A DNA stretch of 64,000 nt from Candidatus Omnitrophota bacterium (GTDB lineage: Bacteria; Omnitrophota; Gorgyraeia; JAGLLT01), in NCBI GenBank assembly GCA_030632085.1, contig DAOVJY010000003.1, positions 23,809 through 87,808 of the forward strand, read 5' to 3'. The notes beneath the pieces are model-generated. The model worked only from the letters and a program-made list of their open reading frames with translations. It was not told where the DNA came from and made no database searches. The first letter of the stretch is position 1, and each line of letters opens with the position of its first letter. Below are positions 7,406 through 17,600 of the stretch, in pieces. Position numbers and translations under genes: made by a program.

Positions 7406-9874
7406 ATGAATATGTCAAAAAAAGAAAACAAAACGACAATAACCGATCCATTTCAAAATAAAAAGCATATCAATTATGCTCTTGTGGAATCTACGCGTCC
7501 GATGATGTATAAAGCTCTAAAATATTGGGGCAAAAAGCCGCACAATATTTTTAGAAAGTACATCGAAAATTATACAGAGAAAAATGAGATAGTACTTGAC
7601 GCTTTTGCGGGAAGCGGTATTGCCCCATTGGAAGCAATACAGGCAAATAGAAAGGCTGTTGCGATAGATCTCAATCCTATATCCACCTTTATGATTGAAA
7701 TACTTGCTAAGCCTCTTAATTATTCAAAGTTCAGAAAATATTACAGCGAAATTTTAACAAAACTTAGCGAGGAAGAAAGAAAATTAGGGGTTTTTATTAC
7801 TAAATGTGAAAAATGTGGAAGCACTGCTAGGGTAATAGGTATTCATTGGAATGGCGATACGCCAATACTTATAAGATATGAATGTCCATGCACAAAAGGA
7901 AACCAAGGCAAAAATCCTGATAATTTTGATATCCAAATTATTAAGAAATCAGAGAAATTAAAAATTCCTTATTGGTATCCGCAAGATGAGTTTCCAAAAA
8001 CAGATTTTTTCAAATCAGTTCGAAGGGGAATTGGTGATCAATATTATAAGCTTTGGACCAAGAGAACGCTTTATTTGCTATCATTTTTGTATAAAGAAAT
8101 TGAGGATATTGATGATGAAGAAATAAAAGATTTTTTGAAATTTGCTTTTATTTCAATGATTCACCTTGTCTCAAATATGGTTTCAGCAAGAAGACCAAAA
8201 AGCAAAAGACCAGATTCTGGTAGTTGGGGAAGACCAGCATTTATTTTGCCCAAAAGACACATGGAACAAAATCCAGTTATTTTGTTTCAAAGAGCTGTTG
8301 AAGATAGGCAAGGCGTCATAAAAGCAAAAAAATCATCAGAAAAATTACTTGCAAACAAGGTAAAAATAACAAAAAACTTTCAAGAATTAGCTAACGACAA
8401 AAAAGATAAAAATTTACTCATTTTGACGATTGACACTCTGGATTTATCAAAAAATATTCCAGAAAACAGCATTGATTATGTTATAACAGATCCGCCCTAT
8501 GGTGGACTAATCCAATACTTTAGCTTGAGCAGTCTTTGGGCAATCTGGCTAAAGCATAATAACAAAAAATTTGAAATTCCCTATGAGGATGAGATAACTA
8601 TTGAACACAAAAAGGATTTTGAACGATATCATAATCTTCTCACTAAAGCATTGCGCGAAATTTATAAAGTCCTCAAACCCGGGCACTACTTAACTCTCAC
8701 TTTTCACAACAGAGAAATTAATGTTTGGAACTCTGTTATTAAGGCTGGTGCGTATTCAGGATTTGTTTTTGAAAAAATTTTATATCAACCAAATAAACGA
8801 GCTTCGGAGGCAGGAGTTGCTATGCCTTACGGTAGCGCAATAAGCGATTATTATTTGCGATTTAAGAAACCTGAAAAAGCGGGTGTGTCTGATCATCAAA
8901 AAATGGATAAAGAAGAATACGAAAGAGTTGTCGTCAAAGCCACTAAAGATATTATTGCATTAAGAAGTGAACCAACAGAAATGACTTTTATTTTGAACGG
9001 TATTTATACCGAGTTATTTTCAACAGGAAGATTTTTTGAGGGTAGCCACGACGATATTGTAAATATTCTTAAAGAAAATATCGGAAAGGTATTTGTTCTT
9101 ATTGAAAACAAGGAAGGCAAACTCGGGCCCAAATGGTGGTTAAAAAATCCAGAGGATATGCTTTTCAAACAAGTACCTTTATCAGATAGAATTGAAAAAG
9201 TAGTGCTTGATATGTTGCGTGGAAATATTAAAGTTACTTTTGATGAAATTCTACAAAAATTATTTATCACTTTCCCGAACGGGTTAACACCTGACGCAAA
9301 GGGAGTTATAGAAGTATTGAAAGAATATGCAACGACGACTGGAGATGGTCGGTGGCGATATAAACCAGAAGTAAATTATAGAGATTCTGAGCACAGCGAA
9401 ATGATTTACTATTTATCCGAAATCGGCAAAAAGGCAGGCTATAAGGTTTGGATTGGGAGTAAAGAGCAGGGCGATACTTTTAAAGATGAGAAACTTTCAA
9501 AATATTGTACTGTGCTAAATCTTAAACTTTCCGGATTTTCCGATAAAGAACTTCGCCGAATCGCAATGATAGATGTCCTTTGGTGTGACGATACTTCTGT
9601 TAAATATGTTTTTGAGATTGAAAATAGTACAAGTATTACATCTGCGATAGAAAGAGCTTCGCATATTCCGGAAGAGTACGATGTAAAAAGATTTATTGTT
9701 ATACCAGAAGAAAGACAAAAAATGCTTGAGAGAAAAATGAATGAGCCGATGTTTCAAGAAGGGTATAATAAATATAAATGGCAAACTATTCATTATGACG
9801 CATTGAAAGATTTTTATAATCTTCACAAGGGCGGCAAAACACTTAAACGCGATGATTTGTCTAACTTAAAATAA
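7406..9874 (+). CDS. DNA methyltransferase (amino-MTase, motif I then TRD/zinc-ribbon then DPPY; alpha-like order) with a roughly 350-aa C-terminal extension
   Basis: Motif X/I VLDAFAGSGIAPLEAIQANRKAVAIDLNP. Cys4 zinc ribbon CEKCGS...ECPC. Motif IV ITDPPYGG, with LKPGHYLTLTFHN after it. The C-terminal region holds a possible PD-(D/E)xK-like stretch, IDVLWCDD...YVFEIENS. Confidence 0.75.
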   Translation: MNMSKKENKTTITDPFQNKKHINYALVESTRPMMYKALKYWGKKPHNIFRKYIENYTEKNEIVLDAFAGSGIAPLEAIQANRKAVAIDLNPISTFMIEILAKPLNYSKFRKYYSEILTKLSEEERKLGVFITKCEKCGSTARVIGIHWNGDTPILIRYECPCTKGNQGKNPDNFDIQIIKKSEKLKIPYWYPQDEFPKTDFFKSVRRGIGDQYYKLWTKRTLYLLSFLYKEIEDIDDEEIKDFLKFAFISMIHLVSNMVSARRPKSKRPDSGSWGRPAFILPKRHMEQNPVILFQRAVEDRQGVIKAKKSSEKLLANKVKITKNFQELANDKKDKNLLILTIDTLDLSKNIPENSIDYVITDPPYGGLIQYFSLSSLWAIWLKHNNKKFEIPYEDEITIEHKKDFERYHNLLTKALREIYKVLKPGHYLTLTFHNREINVWNSVIKAGAYSGFVFEKILYQPNKRASEAGVAMPYGSAISDYYLRFKKPEKAGVSDHQKMDKEEYERVVVKATKDIIALRSEPTEMTFILNGIYTELFSTGRFFEGSHDDIVNILKENIGKVFVLIENKEGKLGPKWWLKNPEDMLFKQVPLSDRIEKVVLDMLRGNIKVTFDEILQKLFITFPNGLTPDAKGVIEVLKEYATTTGDGRWRYKPEVNYRDSEHSEMIYYLSEIGKKAGYKVWIGSKEQGDTFKDEKLSKYCTVLNLKLSGFSDKELRRIAMIDVLWCDDTSVKYVFEIENSTSITSAIERASHIPEEYDVKRFIVIPEERQKMLERKMNEPMFQEGYNKYKWQTIHYDALKDFYNLHKGGKTLKRDDLSNLK

Positions 9875-9878
9875 ATTT

Positions 9879-10721
9879 ATGTTAAAAAAGAATCCTCAAA
9901 AAAAAGCAAAATACGACAAACGTAACATCCTCAACGATTTAACTGGTAGGGATTGGTTGTTATTAACCAAAAGCGTTTGGATAAGCGAAAAGTGTGCTGA
10001 TGATAAGTTCGCGTTTCAACATCCAGCTCCTTTTTTAATCAATGATATTAAAAAACTGATTAGATTTTTTACTAAAAAAAATATGACAGTGCTTGATCCG
10101 TTTTGCGGTTCAGGGACAACCTTAGTCGCAAGCGCGCAAGAGAATAGAAAAGGAATCGGAATAGATTTAAGTAAAAAATATTGCCAAATGAGCCGAAAAC
10201 GCTTGCAAGATTTAAAGTTGAAAAAAAATCAACAAGTAGTTTGCGGGGATTCTCTCAAAAAAATATCTCAAATTAAAGGGAAGATTGATTATTGCGTAAC
10301 TTCGCCACCGTACCACAATATTTTAAGACATAATGGCGGTGGGTTGAGGGAGGCCAAAGCAAAAAATATTAGAAATGGTGCAAGAATTGGTGTTGAATAT
10401 TATTCCGATGACAAACGGGATTTAGGTAATCAGGCGCAATATAAAGATTTTCTCGCGCTATTAAAAAAAGTAATGATAGAGATTTATAAAAAATTGAGGG
10501 ACAAAAAATACTCCTCAATAATTATTAGTGATTTTACTGTAAATAAAAAAGAAACAAATGCAAGCGGTGATGTAATTCGGTTCATGCAAAACATAGGTTT
10601 TAGTTTTGAAGGTATGGTTGTGCTTGTTCAAGACAATAAGCCCCTTTATCCTTTTGGTTATCCTTATGCCTACAAAATGAATCACCATCATCAATATATT
10701 TTGAATTTTAGAAAACTATGA
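9879..10721 (+). CDS. small DNA methyltransferase (SPPY motif; N4-cytosine/N6-adenine amino-MTase), paralogous to the N-terminal module of the upstream MTase
   Basis: HPAPFLINDIKKLIRFFTKKNMTVLDPFCGSGTTLVASAQENRKGIGIDLS (motifs X-I), then CVTSPPYHN (motif IV). Overlaps or abuts the neighbouring genes. Confidence 0.75.
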   Translation: MLKKNPQKKAKYDKRNILNDLTGRDWLLLTKSVWISEKCADDKFAFQHPAPFLINDIKKLIRFFTKKNMTVLDPFCGSGTTLVASAQENRKGIGIDLSKKYCQMSRKRLQDLKLKKNQQVVCGDSLKKISQIKGKIDYCVTSPPYHNILRHNGGGLREAKAKNIRNGARIGVEYYSDDKRDLGNQAQYKDFLALLKKVMIEIYKKLRDKKYSSIIISDFTVNKKETNASGDVIRFMQNIGFSFEGMVVLVQDNKPLYPFGYPYAYKMNHHHQYILNFRKL

Positions 10722-12382
10722 ACAGAGTTTTACTAACAAAATTAAAAATAAAAAATTTAGGACCCATTAAAGAAGATGAAATTTCTTTTAATAATTTTAC
10801 ATTCTTTGTTGGAAGAAATAATGCTGGGAAGTCACATTATCTGAAAGCAATTGAATTATTACTTTCTACAGGAATAAAAAAAGAACAAATTTCTAAATTG
10901 CAACACGACAAGAATCAGCCGATTGTTATTGAAGGGGATTTTAAAGGTGTTAGTGATTTTACCGATTTGGTAACAGTAAGTAATCACAGACAAGCAATTG
11001 AGAGCGCAATAAAAGATGGGATGTTCAAAATTGTTTCTGTGTTAGATTCTGAATCAGGCGCACAGCTGGGTATTTATAAAGAGGATGGTTCTTTGCATAA
11101 TCCGGGTGGGTTCTCTGGTAATCTATTGAAAGTTTTACCGGATATCATATCAATCCCCGCGACAGCAGATACTGTACAAGAGCTAGCTGATAAATCAACT
11201 ACCGCTTTAGGAAAACTAAAAAAAGAAGTAATGAGTTCCTTTTTTCAAGAGCTAGCAAGCAAAACAAAAACTGCTTTATCAGACTTAGATGATTTTTTGC
11301 ACAGTCAAGATGAGGGGGTTCGTTCTAAAGCGATAGCTAAATTTGAAATAGGATTAAAAGAAGAATTCACGGGAGAATTTAGTGATATTGTACCTTCAGT
11401 TGAGTTTGGTTTGCCAGATGAGGCTGTAATTGCAAAGGGAATGAAAATTTTACTTGATGATGGATATAAAACAGAGGTCGAGCAAAAAGGACATGGTTTA
11501 CAAAGAGCAACATTATTAGCTCTTTTGAAATTATTAGCAAAAAGTGGGAAAAAATACCAAGACCGCCCTGCCCCCATATTTTTAATTGGAGAGTTAGAAT
11601 CTTTTCTTCACCCCTATGCTCAGCGCGAGATGGCAAATGCTTTAATTAAGATGATGGAACGGTATCAGATAGTAACAACTACACATTCACCATTTATCGT
11701 TACTCCAGCAACTATTGAAGGTTACCGCAGAGTTAGAAAAACCAAGGAGAATGGCGCCAAAAATATCGCCCTAGATCCTTCAAATGTTGATGTGAGTTTA
11801 ATCAAACGACATCTTGAGCGCCGTGGAAATCTTGAGGGGTTGTTTGCCGATAGGGTTATTTTGATCGAGGGCAGCCACGATGAAAATTTCTACGAGCGTC
11901 TAAAAACAATTTTTAATATTTCTTCTCCACAGGGAAAATTTACACTTTTCATCAAGGCCGACGGCAAGAAACAATTAAGACTTGCTAGAAAGTTTTATCA
12001 ACAGATGAGTTTTGATGATATTGCTGTAATATGCGATTTAGATTATCTCTTTAGTCGCGATGTAGAGTATCTACTCGAGAAGTTGGGATTAGAAAAAGAG
12101 TTGCCTAATAAATTTCGTGAACATATTGACTGGCAAAACGATAGAGAGTCAAAGTTAGAGTATATTGTGGAAAAATTAAGTGAGAAAGGAGAGCCTAATG
12201 GATTTGGTGACCTAATCCAAGGTTTACAGGACAAAAGAATTTTTGTCTTACGTCACGGTGCACCAGAAATGTATTACAAAAATAACAAAGGAGAGAAGAA
12301 TGGCTGGGTTCATCTCAATTCACAAAATGATTTGTTAGAGGTGGAGTATTTAAAGAAATTGATAAAATTAGTTTTAATGTAA
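10718..12382 (+). CDS. OLD-family ATP-dependent nuclease (ABC-type ATPase + C-terminal Toprim)
   Basis: Walker A GRNNAGKSH. ABC signature/Walker B region IFLIGELESFLHP. Toprim glutamate ILIEGSHDE and DxD (VICDLDY). Overlaps the upstream MTase by 4 nt. Confidence 0.75.
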   Translation: MNRVLLTKLKIKNLGPIKEDEISFNNFTFFVGRNNAGKSHYLKAIELLLSTGIKKEQISKLQHDKNQPIVIEGDFKGVSDFTDLVTVSNHRQAIESAIKDGMFKIVSVLDSESGAQLGIYKEDGSLHNPGGFSGNLLKVLPDIISIPATADTVQELADKSTTALGKLKKEVMSSFFQELASKTKTALSDLDDFLHSQDEGVRSKAIAKFEIGLKEEFTGEFSDIVPSVEFGLPDEAVIAKGMKILLDDGYKTEVEQKGHGLQRATLLALLKLLAKSGKKYQDRPAPIFLIGELESFLHPYAQREMANALIKMMERYQIVTTTHSPFIVTPATIEGYRRVRKTKENGAKNIALDPSNVDVSLIKRHLERRGNLEGLFADRVILIEGSHDENFYERLKTIFNISSPQGKFTLFIKADGKKQLRLARKFYQQMSFDDIAVICDLDYLFSRDVEYLLEKLGLEKELPNKFREHIDWQNDRESKLEYIVEKLSEKGEPNGFGDLIQGLQDKRIFVLRHGAPEMYYKNNKGEKNGWVHLNSQNDLLEVEYLKKLIKLVLM

Positions 12383-12550
12383 CCATCCTCACACACCCAC
12401 TATTTTGTATACCGTCGCCTTCTGAAAAAATTTTGGCAAAGCCAAAAGGCAGGCAGGCAAAAAGAAAAGGAGATCCGATGGCGGATGAATTTTTGCCCAT
12501 TTTCCAGTTCTACGAAGTAAAAAGCCGAAAAAATAATAAAAAAACTACTT

Positions 12551-12890
12551 GACAAATAGGTTAAGTAATGATATAGTTAAATTAACAAGGTAAAAGAGTT
12601 CTTTCAAATGACTATTGATATTGGAAGTAAATTAAAGGCGAAAAGAGTGCAGATGAATTTCACTCAGTTGGAACTTGCAACAAAGGTTGGAGTTAGCGAG
12701 AGTTACATCTGCCAGATTGAGAATGGGAAGATGGTATCGATCAAAAAGCTTGAGCAAATAGCAAACGCGGTAGGGTGCAAAGCAAAAGATCTTCTCTAGG
12801 ATATTTTTTTAATTTGAAACTTGACAAATAAGTTAACTAACATATATTTTTTGCCCTATAACTTTACAAATAGGTTAAGTAAGGAGGTGA
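12551..12890. promoter_or_regulatory. three copies of an operator-like motif, TTGACAAATAGGTTAAGTAA, around the XRE regulator gene
   Basis: Copies at about 12551-12570, 12821-12841 (variant ...AAGTTAACTAA) and 12866-12886. Each includes a -35-like TTGACA or TTTACA. Confidence 0.5.
12608..12799 (+). CDS. XRE-family HTH transcriptional regulator (cI/Cro-like) of the island
   Basis: QLELATKVGVSESYICQIENGK is a typical XRE helix-turn-helix. The gene is flanked by iterated operator-like repeats. Confidence 0.7.
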   Translation: MTIDIGSKLKAKRVQMNFTQLELATKVGVSESYICQIENGKMVSIKKLEQIANAVGCKAKDLL

Positions 12891-12895
12891 GAAAA

Positions 12896-13056
12896 TGATA
12901 GAGATCAAATTTAGTAGGCAGCAATTGACAGAATTGGATAAAGAAAGATACGCGCGAATTCTTAAGAAAGTTATTACTCAAATGTCGAACCTGAATAAAA
13001 GTGCTAGCTTACCAAAGAAAATTATATTCACGGAACTAAAAATTATTTTTATGTAA
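12896..13056 (+). CDS. small hypothetical protein (53 aa)
   Basis: ATG follows an AAGGAGGTG RBS. It is below the ORF-track size cutoff and was read manually. Confidence 0.35.
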
Positions 13057-13073
13057 GAAAAGAGAGAAATAAA

Positions 13074-13247
13074 GTGCTAGAAAGCGAAATTTTATTTGTA
13101 GAAGATATTTCTAGATTGTTTAGCATTTCACAGAATACCATTCAAAGGAAAAAATGGAGAAAACAAACAGGAATGCCTTTACATAAAATAGGCAAGAAAT
13201 TGTGTGGGTTTAAGCGCGAAATTGAGGAGTGGGCTAAGTCTAAATGA
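13074..13247 (+). CDS. xis: excisionase / AlpA-like HTH DNA-binding protein (Xis)
   Basis: GTG start, 58 codons. ISRLFSISQNTIQRKKWRK...GFKREIEEW is Xis/HTH_17-like. Its stop overlaps the integrase start (ATGA). Confidence 0.55.
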   Translation: MLESEILFVEDISRLFSISQNTIQRKKWRKQTGMPLHKIGKKLCGFKREIEEWAKSK

Positions 13248-14344
13248 GAAGAAAACTCCCAGGTGTCAGAGAAATAATTAAGGGGGATAAATACGAAGTC
13301 AACTATGTAGTTGCTGGCAGGAGATATCAGTATCGCATTAATGCCGCATCTCTTACTGAAGCACACAACAAGAAATTAGAAGATATGGCAGATAAGCGTA
13401 AAAATATATCTACGCTATTAGATAATGGAGAACGTCTTAATACCGGATTTTCTGACGCCTGGGAGAGATTATACGCTGATTTAATTGCGGATAACCTACC
13501 CAGAAAGACAATACAGCATTACGCCAAGACTTATAGTAGGATGTTTAATGAGTTTATAAATTTAAGATTTCCGGATTTGATGAATTTCGGTCAGCTGAGC
13601 TTACCGTTCTTCCGGGAATATAAAAATTACTATGTTAATAATCTCAATAGACCTAGGGGCTGGAGAGCAGAGTTGATATTTGTCAAAGCGATAATAAAGC
13701 GCCTCTACGCCTTGGGTTATTGCAGCAAAGAGCTCATAGACAGCTTAAAGGAGATAAAGAAACCCCGGGCTGTCAAAAAGGAACACCCCCATATACCTAA
13801 TAGCAAAATAAAGGAATTGTTTCAATATATAAAAAATAGCAGGCCAGATTATTACTATCCTTTGTATTTTATTAGTAGGACAGGCAGAAGAATTAATGAG
13901 ACAACGCTTATAGAGCGGAGAGATGTAGAATGGAAAGGGTTTAGCCCTGCAAGGCTTAATATAAGAGCCGAGACTACAAAAACGAAACAAAATGCTCCTC
14001 TTGCAAATCTTGACCAAGAATTAAAGCAGGTTATAAGCGAAGCATATAAGGCAGGTTTAAAATGCAAGGAGCCTTATTTATTTCTTAATATGTTTAACAG
14101 AAGATGCACGCCCAGCAAGGTAAGGGAATGTCTTAAAGGAGCAAGTAAGCAGATTTTGGGAGTGGAAATTACTCCTCACTATTTCAGGCATAGGTTTTTA
14201 ACAGAATGCGGCAAAGCCAATGTACCTATCGTGGATGTTATGGCTATTTCTGGCATTAAGGATATAAATGTTATAGTTAATTATTATAGTCACAGTACAG
14301 TAGAAGGACAGACAAAAGTGCTTGAAGTTAGCAGGGTTTGGTGA
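13244..14344 (+). CDS. int: tyrosine recombinase / phage-type integrase
   Basis: The C-terminal catalytic region reads HYFRHRFLTE...VNYYSH (R, H-x-x-R and Y). It sits next to the attR repeat. Confidence 0.8.
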   Translation: MRRKLPGVREIIKGDKYEVNYVVAGRRYQYRINAASLTEAHNKKLEDMADKRKNISTLLDNGERLNTGFSDAWERLYADLIADNLPRKTIQHYAKTYSRMFNEFINLRFPDLMNFGQLSLPFFREYKNYYVNNLNRPRGWRAELIFVKAIIKRLYALGYCSKELIDSLKEIKKPRAVKKEHPHIPNSKIKELFQYIKNSRPDYYYPLYFISRTGRRINETTLIERRDVEWKGFSPARLNIRAETTKTKQNAPLANLDQELKQVISEAYKAGLKCKEPYLFLNMFNRRCTPSKVRECLKGASKQILGVEITPHYFRHRFLTECGKANVPIVDVMAISGIKDINVIVNYYSHSTVEGQTKVLEVSRVW

Positions 14345-14407
14345 TACAATTATGACGAATTTATGTGGTGGAGGATGTGGTGAAAGGAACATTTTGAATA
14401 TAAAAGT

Positions 14408-14431
14408 GTTCGAATCCCAGCCTCTCCGCCA
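14408..14431. repeat. attR: 24-bp direct repeat of the tRNA-Ser 3' end
   Basis: Identical to 2542-2565. Confidence 0.8.
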
Positions 14432-14480
14432 ATATAGCAAAGAGCCTATAGCATAGAGCGTAGGACAAAGATAGATTGCG

Positions 14481-14495
14481 CAGCCTCTCCGCCAG
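14481..14495. repeat. second partial repeat of the tRNA-Ser 3' end (15 bp, CAGCCTCTCCGCCAG), possibly the remnant of an earlier integration
   Basis: Matches 2552-2566, including the first base after the tRNA. Confidence 0.5.
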
Positions 14496-14680
14496 CATTA
14501 TGGCATCTTATCCTTTGATTCTAAAAAGCCTAATATGAATTATTTTAAATAGGCTTTAGGCCATAAACAAGATATTATAGGTCAATAGCTATTTTTTCTC
14601 TTGCCTCAAACTATTAGGTTATGTTATGATAAGCACTAATAAATTAAAAAAAATAGATAAACAATAGAAGGATTAGAATT

Positions 14681-17600
14681 GTGGACCAGATTCGAATGTT
14701 CTGCAGCAAAACCGAGCTTTCTAAACGCCCTAATATTAAATACGCTAAAACGCGACATAGTAGAAGTCCCCGCCTTAGCTATCTTGTGACATCAATCCTG
14801 ACGATTTTAGTTGCAATTTTTGTTTTAACTAAGGTAGTTGCTGCAGCACCTTCCTTTTTGAATTCGGAACAAAACGATATAAATTACTCCTTTAATCTTC
14901 TGGATGCCGGCATGAAAGGGGTGTTCAATATTGGCCCCGGACAAGGCACTGAAAAACGTTCATTCGATGAAACCATTGAGAAAAACGTTTTGAAATTCGG
15001 CTACTCGATACCCAAAGGGTCAGTTATGGGCGTTTGGTCACAGAGGTTTCCATCTGAGTTAGGAGCGGACGCAGTGGATGCGGTTAGGATTGGCGTCAAG
15101 GTGCCGAATCCTGAGCAGTTGCAGCAAGTGTTCGTAAAGGTAGAGATCAAAGGGGAAAAGGCCGTGCAGACTATCCCGCTTCATCTTGAACTTGGCTGGA
15201 ACTCTATTCGAGAATCTATCAACTGGAACACGATAGGTAATCTGAAGGAAGCTGTTTTTGTAGTCAGTCCAATCGGCGGTGGTGAGTCGGTGGAGGGGAC
15301 ATTGTATTTTGATATTGATTTCTACAAGCTGACGTCCTTGCAGAAAAATTTCATCTTCGTAAAAATTAGCTTGGTCTTTGTAATCAGCTTATGTCTTGCC
15401 TTAGTGAGCGCCTTTCTTGGTGGGCTGTTTGGCCGAAGTAAAAGCGGCGATTCTTCCTCCTTCGCTTTTCGAGCTTCGCAGGACAAGCCGGAGGTACCGA
15501 CTCTATCAAGGCTTAAGCGAGATTTCTTCTATGGCATAGTGGCTGTATTGATTGCAGGAGTTGCGTTTTGGATCTACTCCAGAGGCTCAATAAGTCCCTT
15601 GGAAGCAGGTTTTAGTCTTACTTTTCTGGTTATAGGGTTAATGGGCGCGGTAATTGCTGAAGTTTTGAAATTCGGCCTCACCGGCAAACATCTTACACCT
15701 CGTGAAGTTTTTCAAAATATTCTCGTAACAGGTTTCATTGCGGCCGGGTCAAGTAGGTTAGGAGTTTTACATGCTCCTTCTACTTGGACTGAATTATTTA
15801 TGTTAAACAAAGTTATCGCAACGCTTGCCTTCTTGGTGTATCACATTTCCAACGCCTTCTCGCTGGCATCTAGCGGCAAGCATACGAAAGCTTTTACAGG
15901 AGCATTGATTATTGGGACACCCTGCCTTTTAAATTGGTTGATGTTGTTACAAAATGTAATCCTTCTACAAACACTGGCAAGCAGTATGACTTTGGGGCTG
16001 CTTTCCGCCTGGCCGAAAATTCTTGAGATTATAGGTCGAGTTTTTGTCGTGTTTGTTTTCAATGAAGCTTTTATAAATGGAATGAGTTTTGCCACTAAGG
16101 GCAAGATGCTTAAGGCGTCCAAGGCTCACCTGTTTATTTTATTGGTTTCTTTAGGTGTTATCATAGCTCCAATGATTGCGGATCTGGGATCAACTACAGC
16201 TGTCGCCGGACTACCGGTAATGCTTAGAGCCATCATTGCTATTTTAACAACCATGCTATCCTTTGCGGGGCTCTGGGGAGAAGTGTATCTTATCACAGGA
16301 GTAGCCCTGGATGGCGGTTATCACAGGGCGCCTTCATGGAGGAGTGTCTTTAGTCATGTTACCACAGGCATGAGAAAAGGTATGGTATACAGCGGCATTT
16401 TGATAGCGCTTCTGTATGCGTTAAGTATGGTCTTGGGCGCACGCTTCACGCAGACAATAATAAGCTCTTTACCGATAATGATTGGAATTCTTGCCGGTGC
16501 ATTGATTTTTCCATTAATTAAGACTATTATTGAGACGTTTGATGGCAGCCAACCGTTTTCCGAACGTATGCGGCATAACTACCGTGATAAGACCTTATAT
16601 GCCAGAGGCGCAGTTGCCGGATGCGGATTTGCTTATGCGCTTACTCACGATTTTTTTCAACTAAACATGTCTGATAGGATCATATTTGGTCTCATCGTTG
16701 GCCTTATCGCATCCGCGGGCGTGAGTATCTTAAGGGATTTCACGTATGCTCGCAGAGGCCAGGGGCGAATCCAGACATGGAAACTTTATTTTACTGACGC
16801 GCTCTTAGGTGCTTTTATTGGAAGCGCCTCAGCATTCTATTTGGACTCTTTTCAGGTGCCGGTGGTCGTTGAGAAATTCAAACTCTATACGAATGCCGGT
16901 TTTTCTGCGAGGGAGTACATTACCTATCCGCTGGTTTGCAAGTGGGGCCGCATTGATTTGGGGACGTATACCGGCGGGACAAAACTTCTTTTTACCGAAT
17001 CTTTAGCCGGTGTCATCAACTGGACTATTGCTGCAGGGCTGTTCGCCATAAACAAGGTATTTTTACAGGCGTTTTTTGAGAAACACACAGCCCCGATTAA
17101 GTTCTTCTTCTCAAAGGCGGGTTTTGCTCAGTTAATCGAGCATATAATCTATGTCTTGCGGTGGGGGTTGTGGATGTCGCCTATTATATGGACCTTCTTG
17201 CGCATGATGCCGGATCCAACCTGGTACAACCAGGACGGGGGGATTCGCACCCTGTTTGCCATTTACCATGACGCGACGATGTCTCCCGGGGCATTTAGAG
17301 CCTGGAGTCTGCAGATTTTTATTTATATTCTGGCGTTTGACTTCTTCCGGGTTCTTATTTGGATGGATCACATGGGTTTGCGCGTTGCCACATTAGTTAA
17401 CTTGAGCTTCATTGGCCTGGACAGGCTTGATGAACGAATTGCGCGTTTCATCGGCCCGGCGGCAGCACAACGCTACATCCCGGAGGCCGTTAAACGTTTT
17501 TGTACATGGGGACCGTTACTTATTCCTTTCTATCTTCCGCGCGGGAAGGCGTGGGATTATGCGTGGAGCACGTCAGAAACTATGCAAAACGCTATGATAG

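Larger units (their letters stand above)
2566..14431. mobile_element. Integrated genomic island (about 11.9 kb) at the 3' end of tRNA-Ser(GCU), with xis-int at the right end
   Basis: A 24-bp direct repeat GTTCGAATCCCAGCCTCTCCGCCA lies at 2542-2565 (tRNA 3' end) and again at 14408-14431. A tyrosine integrase and an Xis-like gene sit adjacent to the right repeat. The interior is much more AT-rich than the flanks. Confidence 0.75.

Noticed and set aside
9004-9826. Minus-strand ORFs inside the large methyltransferase gene.
   Set aside because: Antisense to a gene with clear methyltransferase motifs, with no independent support.
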